Origin: an uncultured delta proteobacterium
Lineage (GTDB): Bacteria > Myxococcota_A > Polyangia > Polyangiales > Polyangiaceae
Length of the DNA stretch: 64,000 bases
Direction: 5' to 3'
Assembly: GCA_963782055.1 (NCBI GenBank)
Contig: CAWAIF010000003.1
Location: 3,872,001 to 3,936,000 of the forward strand
Shown one piece after another: positions 42,924-52,793 of this stretch. Each line of letters opens with the position of its first letter. The first letter of the stretch is position 1. Under the pieces are notes generated by a model. The model worked only from the letters and a program-made list of their open reading frames with translations, was not told the DNA's origin and searched no databases. The position numbers were made by a program, and so were the translations under genes.

Positions 42924-43424
42924 GGCCGGGACTGGACCGAGGCGGAGCGCGTCGCGGCGCTGCACGCAGGCGCGGACGTCACGATGTCCCGTCCGCTGGA
43001 GCGCCTGCAGGAGCTCTTCGCGCAGGTGAAGGCGCTCGGGCGGATGGTGCGCCGCGTGTCCGGAGAGCGGCCGGCGGCGCGCGCGCTCCCGGACGGCGTC
43101 CGGCTCGACGGACCGCGGGGGATGGTGACCGTTCGCGGACGGGAAGTGCGCGTCACCCCCAACGAGGCGAGGTTGCTCGCCGTCCTGCTCGCGTCTCATC
43201 CCCGCGAGGCGACGTTCGCGGAGCTGCTCGCGGCGCTGGACCACCAGAAGTCCCACGACCGGCACGCGATCCACGCCGCCATCGGGCGCCTGAAGAGGCT
43301 CGAGCGCGCGGGGGTGTGGATCGAGGCGGTGCCCGGGCTCGGATACCGCCTGAAGGTCCGGAAGGCGAGCTGAGGTCGGGGCGGCGCTCCGGCTGCTAGG
43401 CGAGATGTCGTCGTCGCGCCGGGA

Positions 43425-44822
43425 TCAAGGCCCGTCGATCGCCTCCGCCACCGCCTCCGCCTGCTTGATGCAATCGGGGATGCCGTTGCCGAAGTAGCCG
43501 TTGCCCGCGAGGTGCAGGCCCGGGTGCGCGTCGAGCCGCCGCCGGACGCTCGCCATCCGCGCGAGGTGCCCCACCTCCGGCTGCGGGCTCGCCTTGTTCC
43601 ACCGGAAGACGCGCGCGAGCACCGGCTCGCCCCGTAGCTCGCCCATCAGCCCGGCGAGCTCCGCGCGCGCCGTCGCCACCAGGGCGTCGTCGGTCTCGGC
43701 GAGCACGTGCTCGTGGCCCACGCCGCCGAAGAAGGCCCGCAGCAGCACGTGCCCCTCCGGGGCGCGCCCCGGCCACTTGGAGGTGACCCACGTCGCCGCG
43801 ATGAGGCGAGCGTCAGGCTCGCGGACGCTGATGAAGCCGGTCGCGTCCAGCGGGTGCGCCACCTGCTCGCGCCGGTAGCCCAGGAAGACCACCGCGCTGG
43901 AGCCGACTCGGATGCCGCCGAGCAGATCCGCCAGCTCCGCGTCCAGGCCGCGCACGATCCCGGTCGTCGCGCAGGGTGTCGCCGTCAGCACCACGTGGTC
44001 CGCGCGCAGCGGCTCGCCGCCCTCCACGTCCACACGCCATGCGTCCCCTTCCCGCGCGACGCCCACCACCCGCGCGCCGGTGCGCACGCGGTCGCCCAGG
44101 GCGTCGGCGAGCGCCGCCGCCAGCCGCGCGATGCCCCCGCGCAGCGAGAGGAAGGCCGAGGCGCCCTTCGACGCCGCTCGCCGAGGGGGCCCGCTCCCGT
44201 GCGAGCGGCGGCGCGCGGCGCGCATCGCCAGGACCAGCGAGCCGTGCTTCTGCTCCATCTCCAGCAGCTGCGGGAACGCCGCCCGCACCGACAGGCGCCG
44301 CGGATCGCCGGCGAAGATGCCGCCCAGGAGCGGCCCGGCCAGCCGCTCCGCCGCCTGCGCGCCCAGCCGGCGCGCGATGAAGTCGTGCACCGACTCGTCG
44401 TCGTCGCCCTCGAAGCGCCGCACCGGCACCAGCGGCTCCAGGCCCATGCGCAGCTTGCCCCGCGGGGAGAAGAGGCGCGTCGTCACCATCGGCCCGATGC
44501 GCGTCGGCACGCCGAGCACCAGACCCTCCGGCAGGGGGTAGAGCTTGCCGCGGAAGGCGACGTACACGCGCCGGTTGTCCGGGAGCGTGCCGACCATGTC
44601 CCCTTCCAGCCCCAGGTCCTTCGCCAGACGTGTGGCGTGCGGCTTGGACGCCACCCACGCGTCCGGCCCGGCGTCCAGGACGAAGCCGTCCTCGCGCACG
44701 CTGAGCAGGTTGCCGCCGCGGCGCGCGCCCGCTTCCAGCACGGTCACGTCCGCCGTGTCCTTGAGCCGATAGGCACACGACAGGCCAGTGATCCCGCCAC
44801 CCACCACCACCACGCGCTTCAT
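43425..44822 (-). CDS. hemY: HemY-type proto/coproporphyrinogen oxidase
   Basis: VVGGGITGL, DAGPDAW, GIFAGD..LS, PQPEVGH, GIPDCI. Confidence 0.92.
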   Translation of the reverse strand: MKRVVVVGGGITGLSCAYRLKDTADVTVLEAGARRGGNLLSVREDGFVLDAGPDAWVASKPHATRLAKDLGLEGDMVGTLPDNRRVYVAFRGKLYPLPEGLVLGVPTRIGPMVTTRLFSPRGKLRMGLEPLVPVRRFEGDDDESVHDFIARRLGAQAAERLAGPLLGGIFAGDPRRLSVRAAFPQLLEMEQKHGSLVLAMRAARRRSHGSGPPRRAASKGASAFLSLRGGIARLAAALADALGDRVRTGARVVGVAREGDAWRVDVEGGEPLRADHVVLTATPCATTGIVRGLDAELADLLGGIRVGSSAVVFLGYRREQVAHPLDATGFISVREPDARLIAATWVTSKWPGRAPEGHVLLRAFFGGVGHEHVLAETDDALVATARAELAGLMGELRGEPVLARVFRWNKASPQPEVGHLARMASVRRRLDAHPGLHLAGNGYFGNGIPDCIKQAEAVAEAIDGP

Positions 44823-45754
44823 CGTCCGTCCTCCGCGAGAAGGGGCGCGGCGATCGCCGCCAGCACCGCCACCAGGTCGTCGTCGTCGTCGAGCGACGCC
44901 GAGCGCGAGAAGCCGAGCTTGCGCGCCCTCGCCATCGCCCTCGCCTCCACGTCCAGGTCATAGAGGATCTCCACGTGGTCGGCGAGGAAGCCGATGGGCG
45001 CCACCAGCGCGTGCGTGCGGCCGCGCGCCGCCAGCGCGTCGAACGTCTCGGCCAGCGTGGGACCGAGCCACGGCGCGGGGCGCCCCCCCGGGCCGCTCGT
45101 CATGCCCTGGCTCTGGAAGCACACCACCGCGTCCGGTAGCACGTCGGCGACGCGCCGCGCCACCGCGTCGGCGGCGGCGCGAACCTCCCGCTCGTAGGGA
45201 TCGCCCGCCTCGACGACGGCCCGCGGCAGCGAGTGGGCCGAGAGCACCAGCGTGGCGCCGTCGCGCTCCTCGGGCGAGAGCGCCGCCGCGGCCGCCCGCA
45301 CCCGCTTCGCGAAGGCGTCGGCGAGATCGTCGCGCCCGCCCCAGTTGCCCGCGCTCGCGACCTGCACCTCCGGGCCCCCGGCGGCGCGCAGCGCTGCCGT
45401 CGCCTCCAGCACCGCGTCGCGGTAGACGTGCGCCGAGAACTGCGCGAGCGCGACGACGACCACCCGCTCGACGCCCAGCTCCGCCAGCACGTCGCGCGGG
45501 TACGGGTGCCAGAGCCGCGACGCGAGGCGCACCGGCACCCCCAGCCGCGCCTCCAGCTTGCCCGCCAGCGAGCGGCTGGTGCGCACCAGCGGCGAGCCGC
45601 CCCCGATGGCGTCGTAGCGTCGGCGCAGCTCCGCCAGCAGCTCCGGCGGCGGCGGGTGCCCGCGGCGGATGTTGGTGACGAACGCCTCCAGGTCGGCGAG
45701 GTCTTCCACCGTGCCGTGCGAGACGAGCAGGACCGCCTGGCTGGCCGCGCTCAC
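44819..45754 (-). CDS. hemH: Ferrochelatase
   Basis: RYDAIGGGSPL, SAHSLP, FQS..WLGP, FLADHVEILYDLD. Confidence 0.93.
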   Translation of the reverse strand: MSAASQAVLLVSHGTVEDLADLEAFVTNIRRGHPPPPELLAELRRRYDAIGGGSPLVRTSRSLAGKLEARLGVPVRLASRLWHPYPRDVLAELGVERVVVVALAQFSAHVYRDAVLEATAALRAAGGPEVQVASAGNWGGRDDLADAFAKRVRAAAAALSPEERDGATLVLSAHSLPRAVVEAGDPYEREVRAAADAVARRVADVLPDAVVCFQSQGMTSGPGGRPAPWLGPTLAETFDALAARGRTHALVAPIGFLADHVEILYDLDVEARAMARARKLGFSRSASLDDDDDLVAVLAAIAAPLLAEDGR

Positions 45755-45762
45755 GAGCCTCC

Positions 45763-46791
45763 CTACGCGCGCCGCTCGGTTGCAGAATGCACGTAATCCA
45801 CCACCGCCTTCACCGTGTCCACCGGCGTCTCCGGCAGGATGCCGTGCCCCAGGTTGAAGACGTGCCCCGGGCGCCCCTCCGCCGCGGCGAGCACCCGCGC
45901 CACGTGCTTCTCCACCACCGCGCGCGGGGCGAAGAGCACAGTCGGGTCCAGGTTGCCCTGGATGGCGTGGTCGTGACCGACGCGCTTCCAGCCCTCGGCG
46001 AGCGGCGTGCGCCAGTCCAGGCCGATGACGTGCCCGCCCGCGTCGCGCTGCGCCTCCAGCAGGGCGTGCGTGCCGGTCCCGAAGTGGATGACCGGCACGC
46101 CCGCCGTCATCACGTCGGCCAGCACGTGCCTGACGTGCGGCTGCACGTACTCCAGGTAGTCGCCCACCGAGAGCTGGCCCACCCACGAGTCGAAGAGCTG
46201 CACCGTCTCCGCCCCGGCGACGATCTGCGCGCGCAGGTAGCGGCGCACGACCTCCGCCAGCTTGCTCATCAGCGCGTGCCACGCCTCCGGCTGCGAGTAC
46301 ATCAGCCGCTTGGTCTTGACGAAGTGCGCGCTCTTGCCGCCCTCGATGAGGTAGCTCGCCAGGGTGAAGGGCGCGCCGGCGAAGCCGATGAGCGGCACCT
46401 TGCCCGAGAGCTCGCGGCGGATGGTGCGGATCGCCTCCAGCACGTAGCCGAGGCCCTCCTCCGGGTCGATGACGCGCAGGGCGTCGATCTGCTCGACGCG
46501 CGCGATGGGCTCGTGCACGACGGGCCCCTCCCCCTTCGCGAACTCGAAGGGCGCCCCCATCGGCTCCAGCGGGAGCAGGATGTCGGCGAAGAGGATGGCG
46601 GCGTCCACCCCCAGCCGCAGTGGCTGCAGGGTGACCTGACACGCCAGCTCCGGCGTCTTGCACAGCTCCAGCAGGCCGTACTTCTCGCGCAGCGCGCGGT
46701 ACTCCGGCATGTAGCGGCCGGCCTGCCGCATGAACCAGACGGGTGTGGCGTCCGTCGGCTCGCGACGGCACGCGCGGAGAAATCGGCTCAA
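45763..46791 (-). CDS. hemE: Uroporphyrinogen decarboxylase
   Basis: PVWFMRQAGRYMPEYR, IGFAGAPFTLASY, FNLGHG. Confidence 0.97.
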   Translation of the reverse strand: MSRFLRACRREPTDATPVWFMRQAGRYMPEYRALREKYGLLELCKTPELACQVTLQPLRLGVDAAILFADILLPLEPMGAPFEFAKGEGPVVHEPIARVEQIDALRVIDPEEGLGYVLEAIRTIRRELSGKVPLIGFAGAPFTLASYLIEGGKSAHFVKTKRLMYSQPEAWHALMSKLAEVVRRYLRAQIVAGAETVQLFDSWVGQLSVGDYLEYVQPHVRHVLADVMTAGVPVIHFGTGTHALLEAQRDAGGHVIGLDWRTPLAEGWKRVGHDHAIQGNLDPTVLFAPRAVVEKHVARVLAAAEGRPGHVFNLGHGILPETPVDTVKAVVDYVHSATERRA

Positions 46792-46794
46792 GGG

Positions 46795-48849
46795 CTAGCT
46801 CTTCTGGTTGTAGTTGGTGTTCTCGAGCAGGATGACGTTGGTCTTGCTGCGCGTCTCCCCCACGCTCGTCACGTAGACCGCCGGCTGGTCCTGCACCGGG
46901 CACACCTTCTCGCACGCGCCGCAGCCGATGCAAAGGCTCGGGTCGACGTGCGGCTTCTGCAGGTGGACCGTCTTCATGGGCGGGGGCTCCCCGTTGGGTC
47001 CGGGCTTCTTGCTCCGCACCTGCTGGTCCGCCTCCTCGACCCAGATGGCCTTGGGCGACGTCGGGCAGAACTCCTCGCACACGATGCACGGCGTCCCCAT
47101 GCTCCACGGCAGGCAGCGCCCGTGATCGTAGAAGGCGGTGCCGATCTTGATGGGCGGCACGCCCAGGCCGAGCTTCTCCTTCTCGGTGATCTTCTGGATG
47201 GCGCCCGTCGGGCACACCTGCCCGCAGAGCACGCACGAGTGCTCGCAGTAGCCGATGCGCGCGATGAGGATGGGCGTCCACATGCCCTCCACGCCCGCCT
47301 CGAAGAAGGCGGGGTGCAGCGCGTTGTTGGGACACACCTTCATGCACTCGGCGCAGCGGATGCAGCGCTCCAGGAAGGCGCGCTCCTCCACGGCGCCGGG
47401 CGGGCGGATGACGCGGGAGTGGTAGTTGACGTCCAGCGAGTCCGCCACGCGCGCCATGGGCAGGAAGAGCGCGCCCGCGCCCGCCGCCGCCATGGTGGTG
47501 CGGCGCTGCGTGTCCGGCCGCGTGACGGTGCTCACCCGCTTCGGCAGGAAGCGGAACTTGATCACGTCCTCCGGGCAGGCGGTCTCGCAGTTGAGGCACA
47601 TGTGGCACTCGTCCTGGCGCCACTTGACGCCGCCCTGCGGGCTGTCGGCGCCCTGGCAGTTGACGAGGCACAGGTTGCAGTCGGTGCACTTCGCGTGGTC
47701 CTTCTCCATCCCGAAGAGGGCGAAGCGCGCGAAGACGCCGAGGAACGCGCCCAGCGGGCAGAGCACCCGGCACCAGAAGCGCGGGATGAAGCGGTTGGCG
47801 AAGAGCACCGCCACCAGCAAGAAGAGGATGAGCCAGGTCTGGTGGTAGTAAAACTGGTGCGACTGCCAGACCGTGTGCGCGAGGTAGTCCTGCGAGTGAT
47901 CCGCCGCGTTCTGGACGACGTGGGAGTGGACGTGGGTGTCCACCGCGGTCATGCCGCGACCGGTCACGTACTGCGCCGCCGGGATGACGCCCAGGCCGAT
48001 CGACCGCACCGCGATGCAGATGGGATCGAACATGCCGCCGATGGCGCTGCCCGCCACCGCGGCGAGCAGGAAGGCGTAGAGCAGGTAGTACTTCGCGCGC
48101 TGGTAGGTGTGAGTCTTGTTCGCCTCGACGCGCGAGGCGCCGCGGCCGCGGCGCGAGGGCAGCAGCCACCCGAAGAAGTGGTGCAGCGTGCCGAAGGGGC
48201 AGATCCACCCGCAGAAGACGCGGCCGAAGACGAGCGTCAGCGCGAGCAAGCCGACGCTCCACAGCAGGCCGCGGTAGACCGTGTGCGTGGAGAGCGCCGT
48301 CATCCCGCTCACGAAGGGGTCGGCGAGGAGAAAGGCCTCGACGGGGTACGGCAGGCGCACCGTCGCGTCCGCCTGCGCGGCGAAGGAGCCGCGGAAGGTG
48401 GTCTGGAAGAGGAAGTAGCAGAAGAGCGCGAAGAAGCCGGCCTGCGAGGCGCGGCGCACCCAGACGAGCACGCGGATGCGCTTGCGGGCGGGGATGCCGG
48501 AGCCAGGGCGCTTCGGGTCGATCTTCTTCGGCTTCGCCTTCGCCGCGGGGAGCGGCTTGCTCCCGGCCTCGCCGCCGTCCGCCTGCGCCTTCACGGGTGC
48601 GACGGGCACGCACGTGTCCTTCGCCGGGGGCGCCACGGGCTCGCCGACGCCGCTCGCGTCCAGCGCCTCCACCGCGCCCACCCTCCCCGTCTTCCACGGG
48701 ATGGGCTCGACGTGCTCGTGCATCTCCGTCGCGGCGTCGGAGCCCCCGCGGCCAGCGGCATCGGAGCCCCCGCGGCCAGCGGCATCGATCGCGGACAGAT
48801 CGAGCTTGACGCCGGCGTGGAGCGTCGGCGGGTGCAGGGCTTGCGCCAC
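46795..48849 (-). CDS. Membrane polyferredoxin (NapH/MauN-like fused to NapG/MauM-like)
   Basis: GRVFCGWICPFG, RFWCRVLCPLGA, IRPPGA, several CxxCxxCxxxCP motifs. Confidence 0.88.
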   Translation of the reverse strand: MAQALHPPTLHAGVKLDLSAIDAAGRGGSDAAGRGGSDAATEMHEHVEPIPWKTGRVGAVEALDASGVGEPVAPPAKDTCVPVAPVKAQADGGEAGSKPLPAAKAKPKKIDPKRPGSGIPARKRIRVLVWVRRASQAGFFALFCYFLFQTTFRGSFAAQADATVRLPYPVEAFLLADPFVSGMTALSTHTVYRGLLWSVGLLALTLVFGRVFCGWICPFGTLHHFFGWLLPSRRGRGASRVEANKTHTYQRAKYYLLYAFLLAAVAGSAIGGMFDPICIAVRSIGLGVIPAAQYVTGRGMTAVDTHVHSHVVQNAADHSQDYLAHTVWQSHQFYYHQTWLILFLLVAVLFANRFIPRFWCRVLCPLGAFLGVFARFALFGMEKDHAKCTDCNLCLVNCQGADSPQGGVKWRQDECHMCLNCETACPEDVIKFRFLPKRVSTVTRPDTQRRTTMAAAGAGALFLPMARVADSLDVNYHSRVIRPPGAVEERAFLERCIRCAECMKVCPNNALHPAFFEAGVEGMWTPILIARIGYCEHSCVLCGQVCPTGAIQKITEKEKLGLGVPPIKIGTAFYDHGRCLPWSMGTPCIVCEEFCPTSPKAIWVEEADQQVRSKKPGPNGEPPPMKTVHLQKPHVDPSLCIGCGACEKVCPVQDQPAVYVTSVGETRSKTNVILLENTNYNQKS
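48731..48787. repeat. 24-bp tandem duplication encoding (AAGRGGSD)2
   Basis: TCGGAGCCCCCGCGGCCAGCGGCA at 48737-48760 and 48761-48784. Confidence 0.9.
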
Positions 48850-48850
48850 G

Positions 48851-49873
48851 CTAGACCTCCTTCACGCGGAGGTTTTCCCAGTACATCGTGCCGATGCCGC
48901 GCTCGTTCGCCATCTTCAGGTAGTGCAGGTTGTCGCGGTGCTGGCCGATGAGTGTGCACGCGTAGGCGTCGGCGGCGACCTGGTCGATCGACGCGACGAC
49001 GGTGTTCATCACGCGGGTATCGTCGATGTTGCCGCCCTGCGGCCCGTTACGGACGAGCACGCGCGTGCCGTCGATGACGGTGAGCGTGGGGCGCATGAAG
49101 GTGGCCAGGTCGGCGATGGATGTGTCGATGTTCTGGTGCAGGCGGTTGCGGCGGCCGCCGAGCACGCCGTACCAGTTTTTCATCGCCGCGGTGAACTTGG
49201 CCAGGTTGTGATGCTTGGCGACCGGGACGTTGATGACCTTGTCGGCGTCCACCAGGGTGGTGAAGACCGGCCACTCGTCGAGCACGTCGCCCTTGAGGCG
49301 CATGGTGCGGTAGCGGTGCTCGGCGGGGAGGACCACCTCGGCCCCGAGGGAGTACGCCTTGCGCCAGATGCCGGAGCGCTGGAAGCACCGGTCGGGGTCG
49401 TTGCACGAGCCATCGGCGACGACGACGGTCTTGGCGCCCGCTTCGAAGGCGGCCTTGACCACCGCGCCCACCACGTCCGGGTTGGTGTTGGCGGCCTGCA
49501 CCGGGAGGCGGTCCCAGCCGATGTTGGGCTTGACCACCACCACGTCCCCTCGCGACACGAAGCGGCCCATGCCGCCCAGGGCCTCCAGGGCGTTCCGGAC
49601 GAGCTGCTCCTGCGTCGGGGGAGGCTGCCCCTCCTTCGCCTTGGCGACGGCCAGCTCGGCGAAGCGCTTGTCCTTGCTGGCGTTCGGGTTGCGGTAGTCA
49701 CGCACCTGCCGCGCGCCCTGCTCCGCCGCGACCCCGTAGCCGCCGTGATCCCAGAGCTCCCGCCCCAGCACCGCGGCCCCGGCCATCACGCCGACGCTCG
49801 CGCCCACCCGCGTGAGCACCTCGCGGCGGGACAGACCCCCTGGGCCCTTCGGCTTGGACGTGTCGTCGGCCAT
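48851..49873 (-). CDS. DUF362 domain protein with twin-arginine signal
   Basis: LSRREVL Tat-like motif; ALGGM..FV..GD.VVVKPNIGW, TNP, INVPVAKHH, MKN, DQVAAD. Confidence 0.85.
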   Translation of the reverse strand: MADDTSKPKGPGGLSRREVLTRVGASVGVMAGAAVLGRELWDHGGYGVAAEQGARQVRDYRNPNASKDKRFAELAVAKAKEGQPPPTQEQLVRNALEALGGMGRFVSRGDVVVVKPNIGWDRLPVQAANTNPDVVGAVVKAAFEAGAKTVVVADGSCNDPDRCFQRSGIWRKAYSLGAEVVLPAEHRYRTMRLKGDVLDEWPVFTTLVDADKVINVPVAKHHNLAKFTAAMKNWYGVLGGRRNRLHQNIDTSIADLATFMRPTLTVIDGTRVLVRNGPQGGNIDDTRVMNTVVASIDQVAADAYACTLIGQHRDNLHYLKMANERGIGTMYWENLRVKEV

Positions 49874-50075
49874 GGCTTCCTTCTTCGTGCCGTTCGGGCT
49901 GTCGGCCGGCCTGCGGCCGCACCTCCGTCGCACGTATCCATAGCGCTGTTCGCCTACGCCGCCAATTCCTCGCCGTCCCCCGCCCTGCGGGCCCGCCTCC
50001 CCACCCTCCACGACCTGTGGGGCCCGCTCGGCCGTGCGTAGACGCCCCGGCGAAGAGCGGAGTAAATGCGCGGCG

Positions 50076-51545
50076 ATGGCGGCCGCGACCGAGCGCATCT
50101 TGCGGGGACCGCTCGGGTGGGAGGTCGCGCGCTTCGGCACCCCCCTGGCGCTCGGGATGGCGCTCCAGACCACCTTCAACGTGGTGGACGCCTACATCCT
50201 CTCCCAGCTCCCCCGGGAGGAGGTCGGCGCGGCCCTCGGGGCGCTGGGGCTCTGCGACCAGGTCGCGGCCCTGGGGACGATCGTCAGCTACGGGCTGACC
50301 ATCGCGGTGACCACACGCATCGCCCTGCAGCACGGGGCCGGCAACGACGAGGGGGTGCGGCACACCGCCTGGCAGTCGGTCCTGATGATCGGGGCGCTCA
50401 GCGCCCTCTTCGCGGTGGCCGGCCTGCTCTTCGCCGGACCCATCATGCGCGATCTCATCGGCGCCAAGGGCGACGTCGCGGCGTACGGGACGAGCTACCT
50501 GCGCGTCATCGTGGGCGGCAGCTTCACCATCTTCTTCCTCCTGCTGCTCACCAGCCTGCAGCGGGCGCTCGGCTCGGCGAAGACACCGGCCGCGCTCCTG
50601 GTGGGGGGCAACGTCCTCAACATCCTGCTCGCGCTGCTGCTGGTGTTCGGTCCGGGGCCGGCGCCCCGCGCGCTCGCCTTCTGCACCGAGACCGCGCGCT
50701 TTCTCCACGTCCCGCGCATGGGGATGCTCGGCGCCGCATGGGCGACCATCGTCGCGCGGCTGGTCGTCCTCGCGCCGAACGCGTGGGTGCTCGTACGCCG
50801 CTTCGGCGTGGGCACCCCACCGCCCCGCCGCGCCGGCCCCGACTGGGCGGAGTGGGCCCGGATCTGGCGGGTGGCGTGGCCCTCGTCGGCGCAGTTCTTC
50901 GTGCGCATCGGCGCCGGCCTCTTCGTCAACTCGCTGGTGGCGCGCTTCTTCACGACCCAGACGGACCAGACCGCCAACACCGCGATGGGCCTCGTCTTCC
51001 GCCTGGACACCATGGCCATCTTCGTCGCCATGGGCTGGGGAAGCGCCGCGCAGACCTTCGTCGGGCATGCGCTCGGCGCCGGGCGGGAGCGCCGGGCACG
51101 GCGAAGCGGCCTGGTGGCCGCCGGCTACGACGCCATCACCAACGTGCTGCTGGTGATCGCCATCCTGTGGACCGGGCACACGCTGCTGCGCATCTTCGAC
51201 AGGGACCCGGAGCCGGTGCGCATCGGCGTGCTGTACCTGGGGACGGTCGCGCCCAGCTACCTCGGCCTGGGGCTGGGCATCGTGCTCGCCAGCGCGATGA
51301 GCGGCGCCGGCGCCACCCGCACCACCCTCGTCGTGGACCTCGCGGTCATCCTCGGCTTCCAGGTGCCGGTGTCGCTCGCCGCCGTCACCCTGGGGGGTGC
51401 GGGCCTGCTCGGGCTCTTCCGCTGCGTGGCGATCACCTCCTGGGTCTCGGGCGTCGTCTACCTCCTCGTCTACGTGCGGGCCCGCTGGACGGCCGCGGTG
51501 GGGCCTCGCGTCGTGCCCGCACCTGCTGTACATTCAGGCCCATGA
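50076..51545 (+). CDS. MATE family efflux transporter
   Basis: LQTTFNVVDAY, RALGSAKTP, NILL, GAAWAT; multi-TM. Confidence 0.88.
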   Translation: MAAATERILRGPLGWEVARFGTPLALGMALQTTFNVVDAYILSQLPREEVGAALGALGLCDQVAALGTIVSYGLTIAVTTRIALQHGAGNDEGVRHTAWQSVLMIGALSALFAVAGLLFAGPIMRDLIGAKGDVAAYGTSYLRVIVGGSFTIFFLLLLTSLQRALGSAKTPAALLVGGNVLNILLALLLVFGPGPAPRALAFCTETARFLHVPRMGMLGAAWATIVARLVVLAPNAWVLVRRFGVGTPPPRRAGPDWAEWARIWRVAWPSSAQFFVRIGAGLFVNSLVARFFTTQTDQTANTAMGLVFRLDTMAIFVAMGWGSAAQTFVGHALGAGRERRARRSGLVAAGYDAITNVLLVIAILWTGHTLLRIFDRDPEPVRIGVLYLGTVAPSYLGLGLGIVLASAMSGAGATRTTLVVDLAVILGFQVPVSLAAVTLGGAGLLGLFRCVAITSWVSGVVYLLVYVRARWTAAVGPRVVPAPAVHSGP

Positions 51546-51862
51546 GCGGGTCCTCGTCCGCGCACCGCAGCCGCACCGGGCCGCGCCCTCCGGCGTCGGC
51601 GCCGGCCGCCACGCCTGCGCCCGCCGAGGGCTTCACCACCGCGTCGCACGACGTGCTCTTCACCGGCGGCGACGAGATGCGGTGCGACATCTGCGGCACC
51701 ACGCTCGGCGAGGACGCCGAGTCGCGGGGCGGTCGCGGCGCCTACCTCTTCGCCCGCGGCGACGCGGTGCGGGAGGAAGACGCCCCCCTCTGTCGGGAGT
51801 GCGGCACCGCGATCCTGGCGAGCGCCCGCGCCCGCTGGGAGATCGAGGAAGACGAGGGCTAG
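51542..51862 (+). CDS. Small zinc-ribbon-like protein
   Basis: CDICG..LCRECG; ATGA overlap with the MATE stop. Confidence 0.6.
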   Translation: MSGSSSAHRSRTGPRPPASAPAATPAPAEGFTTASHDVLFTGGDEMRCDICGTTLGEDAESRGGRGAYLFARGDAVREEDAPLCRECGTAILASARARWEIEEDEG

Positions 51863-51869
51863 TCCCCCC

Positions 51870-52637
51870 TCACTGGACGGGGAGGTCCTCTTCCTCGGCG
51901 TGAGGGTACTTGCGCTTCAGGTGCTCCAGGCACGCCGCGCGCAGCGTGGTCGCGACGGGCGTGGACTGCGCGACCAGACGCAGCTCGTGCCGGAGGAGCA
52001 GCCCGGCGATGGGCAGGGCGAGGTCCAGAGGCATGTCCGGGTTGAGCAGCAGGGAGAGCCGCACGCGCGGGCGGTGCACCCACCGCGTCGCCCGGGCGAT
52101 CTCCGCCAGCACGTCCGGACGCGACGGCCGCCGCGCCACCAGGCGCACCAGGTCGTCCTCGGTGAGGCGAGGGTTGCGCAGCACGCCGCGGATGACGTCG
52201 GGGTGCGGGTCGAGCAGCAGCTTCTCCAGCAGGTCCCGGTCGGGCCGGCGCGCCAGCGACTTGCGCTCGCCCAGCGTGAGCGGGCGCCCGTAGCCGTAGT
52301 CCGGCGGCCTGTCGGCGCGTCTGGGGTCGCGCGGGCGCGTCGAGTGGGCGGGGCGTCGCAGGATGCGATCCAGCGCGACGAGCGACGCGCCCGCCGCCTG
52401 CTCGCGGAGCTGCTGCGCCGCCTCCACCAGGCGCACGTCGTTGACGGCGTCGACGATGCTCACCAGCACCTCCTTGGCGGCGTCGTCGCCTTCCTCGGCC
52501 CCGAGGGCGATGCGATCCAGCGCCACCGCCATCGCCTCGACGGGCGCACCCTGCACGCGGTCGACGACGTAGTCCACCCGCAGCCGCGCGTCGGCGAGCG
52601 CCGTGATCGCGCGGATGAGAGAGTCGGCCAGTGCCAC
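51870..52637 (-). CDS. Hypothetical helical-repeat (LRV/HEAT-like) protein
   Basis: LLLDPHPDVIRGVLRNPRL, LLLNP repeats. Confidence 0.7.
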   Translation of the reverse strand: MALADSLIRAITALADARLRVDYVVDRVQGAPVEAMAVALDRIALGAEEGDDAAKEVLVSIVDAVNDVRLVEAAQQLREQAAGASLVALDRILRRPAHSTRPRDPRRADRPPDYGYGRPLTLGERKSLARRPDRDLLEKLLLDPHPDVIRGVLRNPRLTEDDLVRLVARRPSRPDVLAEIARATRWVHRPRVRLSLLLNPDMPLDLALPIAGLLLRHELRLVAQSTPVATTLRAACLEHLKRKYPHAEEEDLPVQ

Positions 52638-52793
52638 GTCCGGATTCTAACCGCCGGGGCCGCGCCTGGCAGCCCGGAAGCCCCGATTGGCCCATCCGGG
52701 GCCCTCGCCTTTGGGCCGGGGCGGCCCCGCCGGCGGCCTAGCCAATCCGGGGGCTTGCAATTCCCCTCGTGCTGCGCAAGCTCCTAGGGCGGG

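Larger units (their letters stand above)
41291..43373 (+). pseudogene. OmpR/PhoB-family response regulator interrupted by an IS4-family element
   Basis: LLVDDD..VTDLNL..LLYTGRD | WTEAERVAALHAGAD..IEAVPGLGYRL; in frame after IS removal. Confidence 0.9.

Noticed and set aside
44819..48697. 1292-aa ORF as a giant ferrochelatase fusion
   Set aside because: The upstream portion is an off-frame shadow of hemE and the polyferredoxin gene; hemH starts near 45754.
51523..51540. Second LexA-like box (CTG...TTCAG) before the zinc-ribbon gene
   Set aside because: The spacing is not CTG-N10-CAG, and it lies within the MATE coding sequence.
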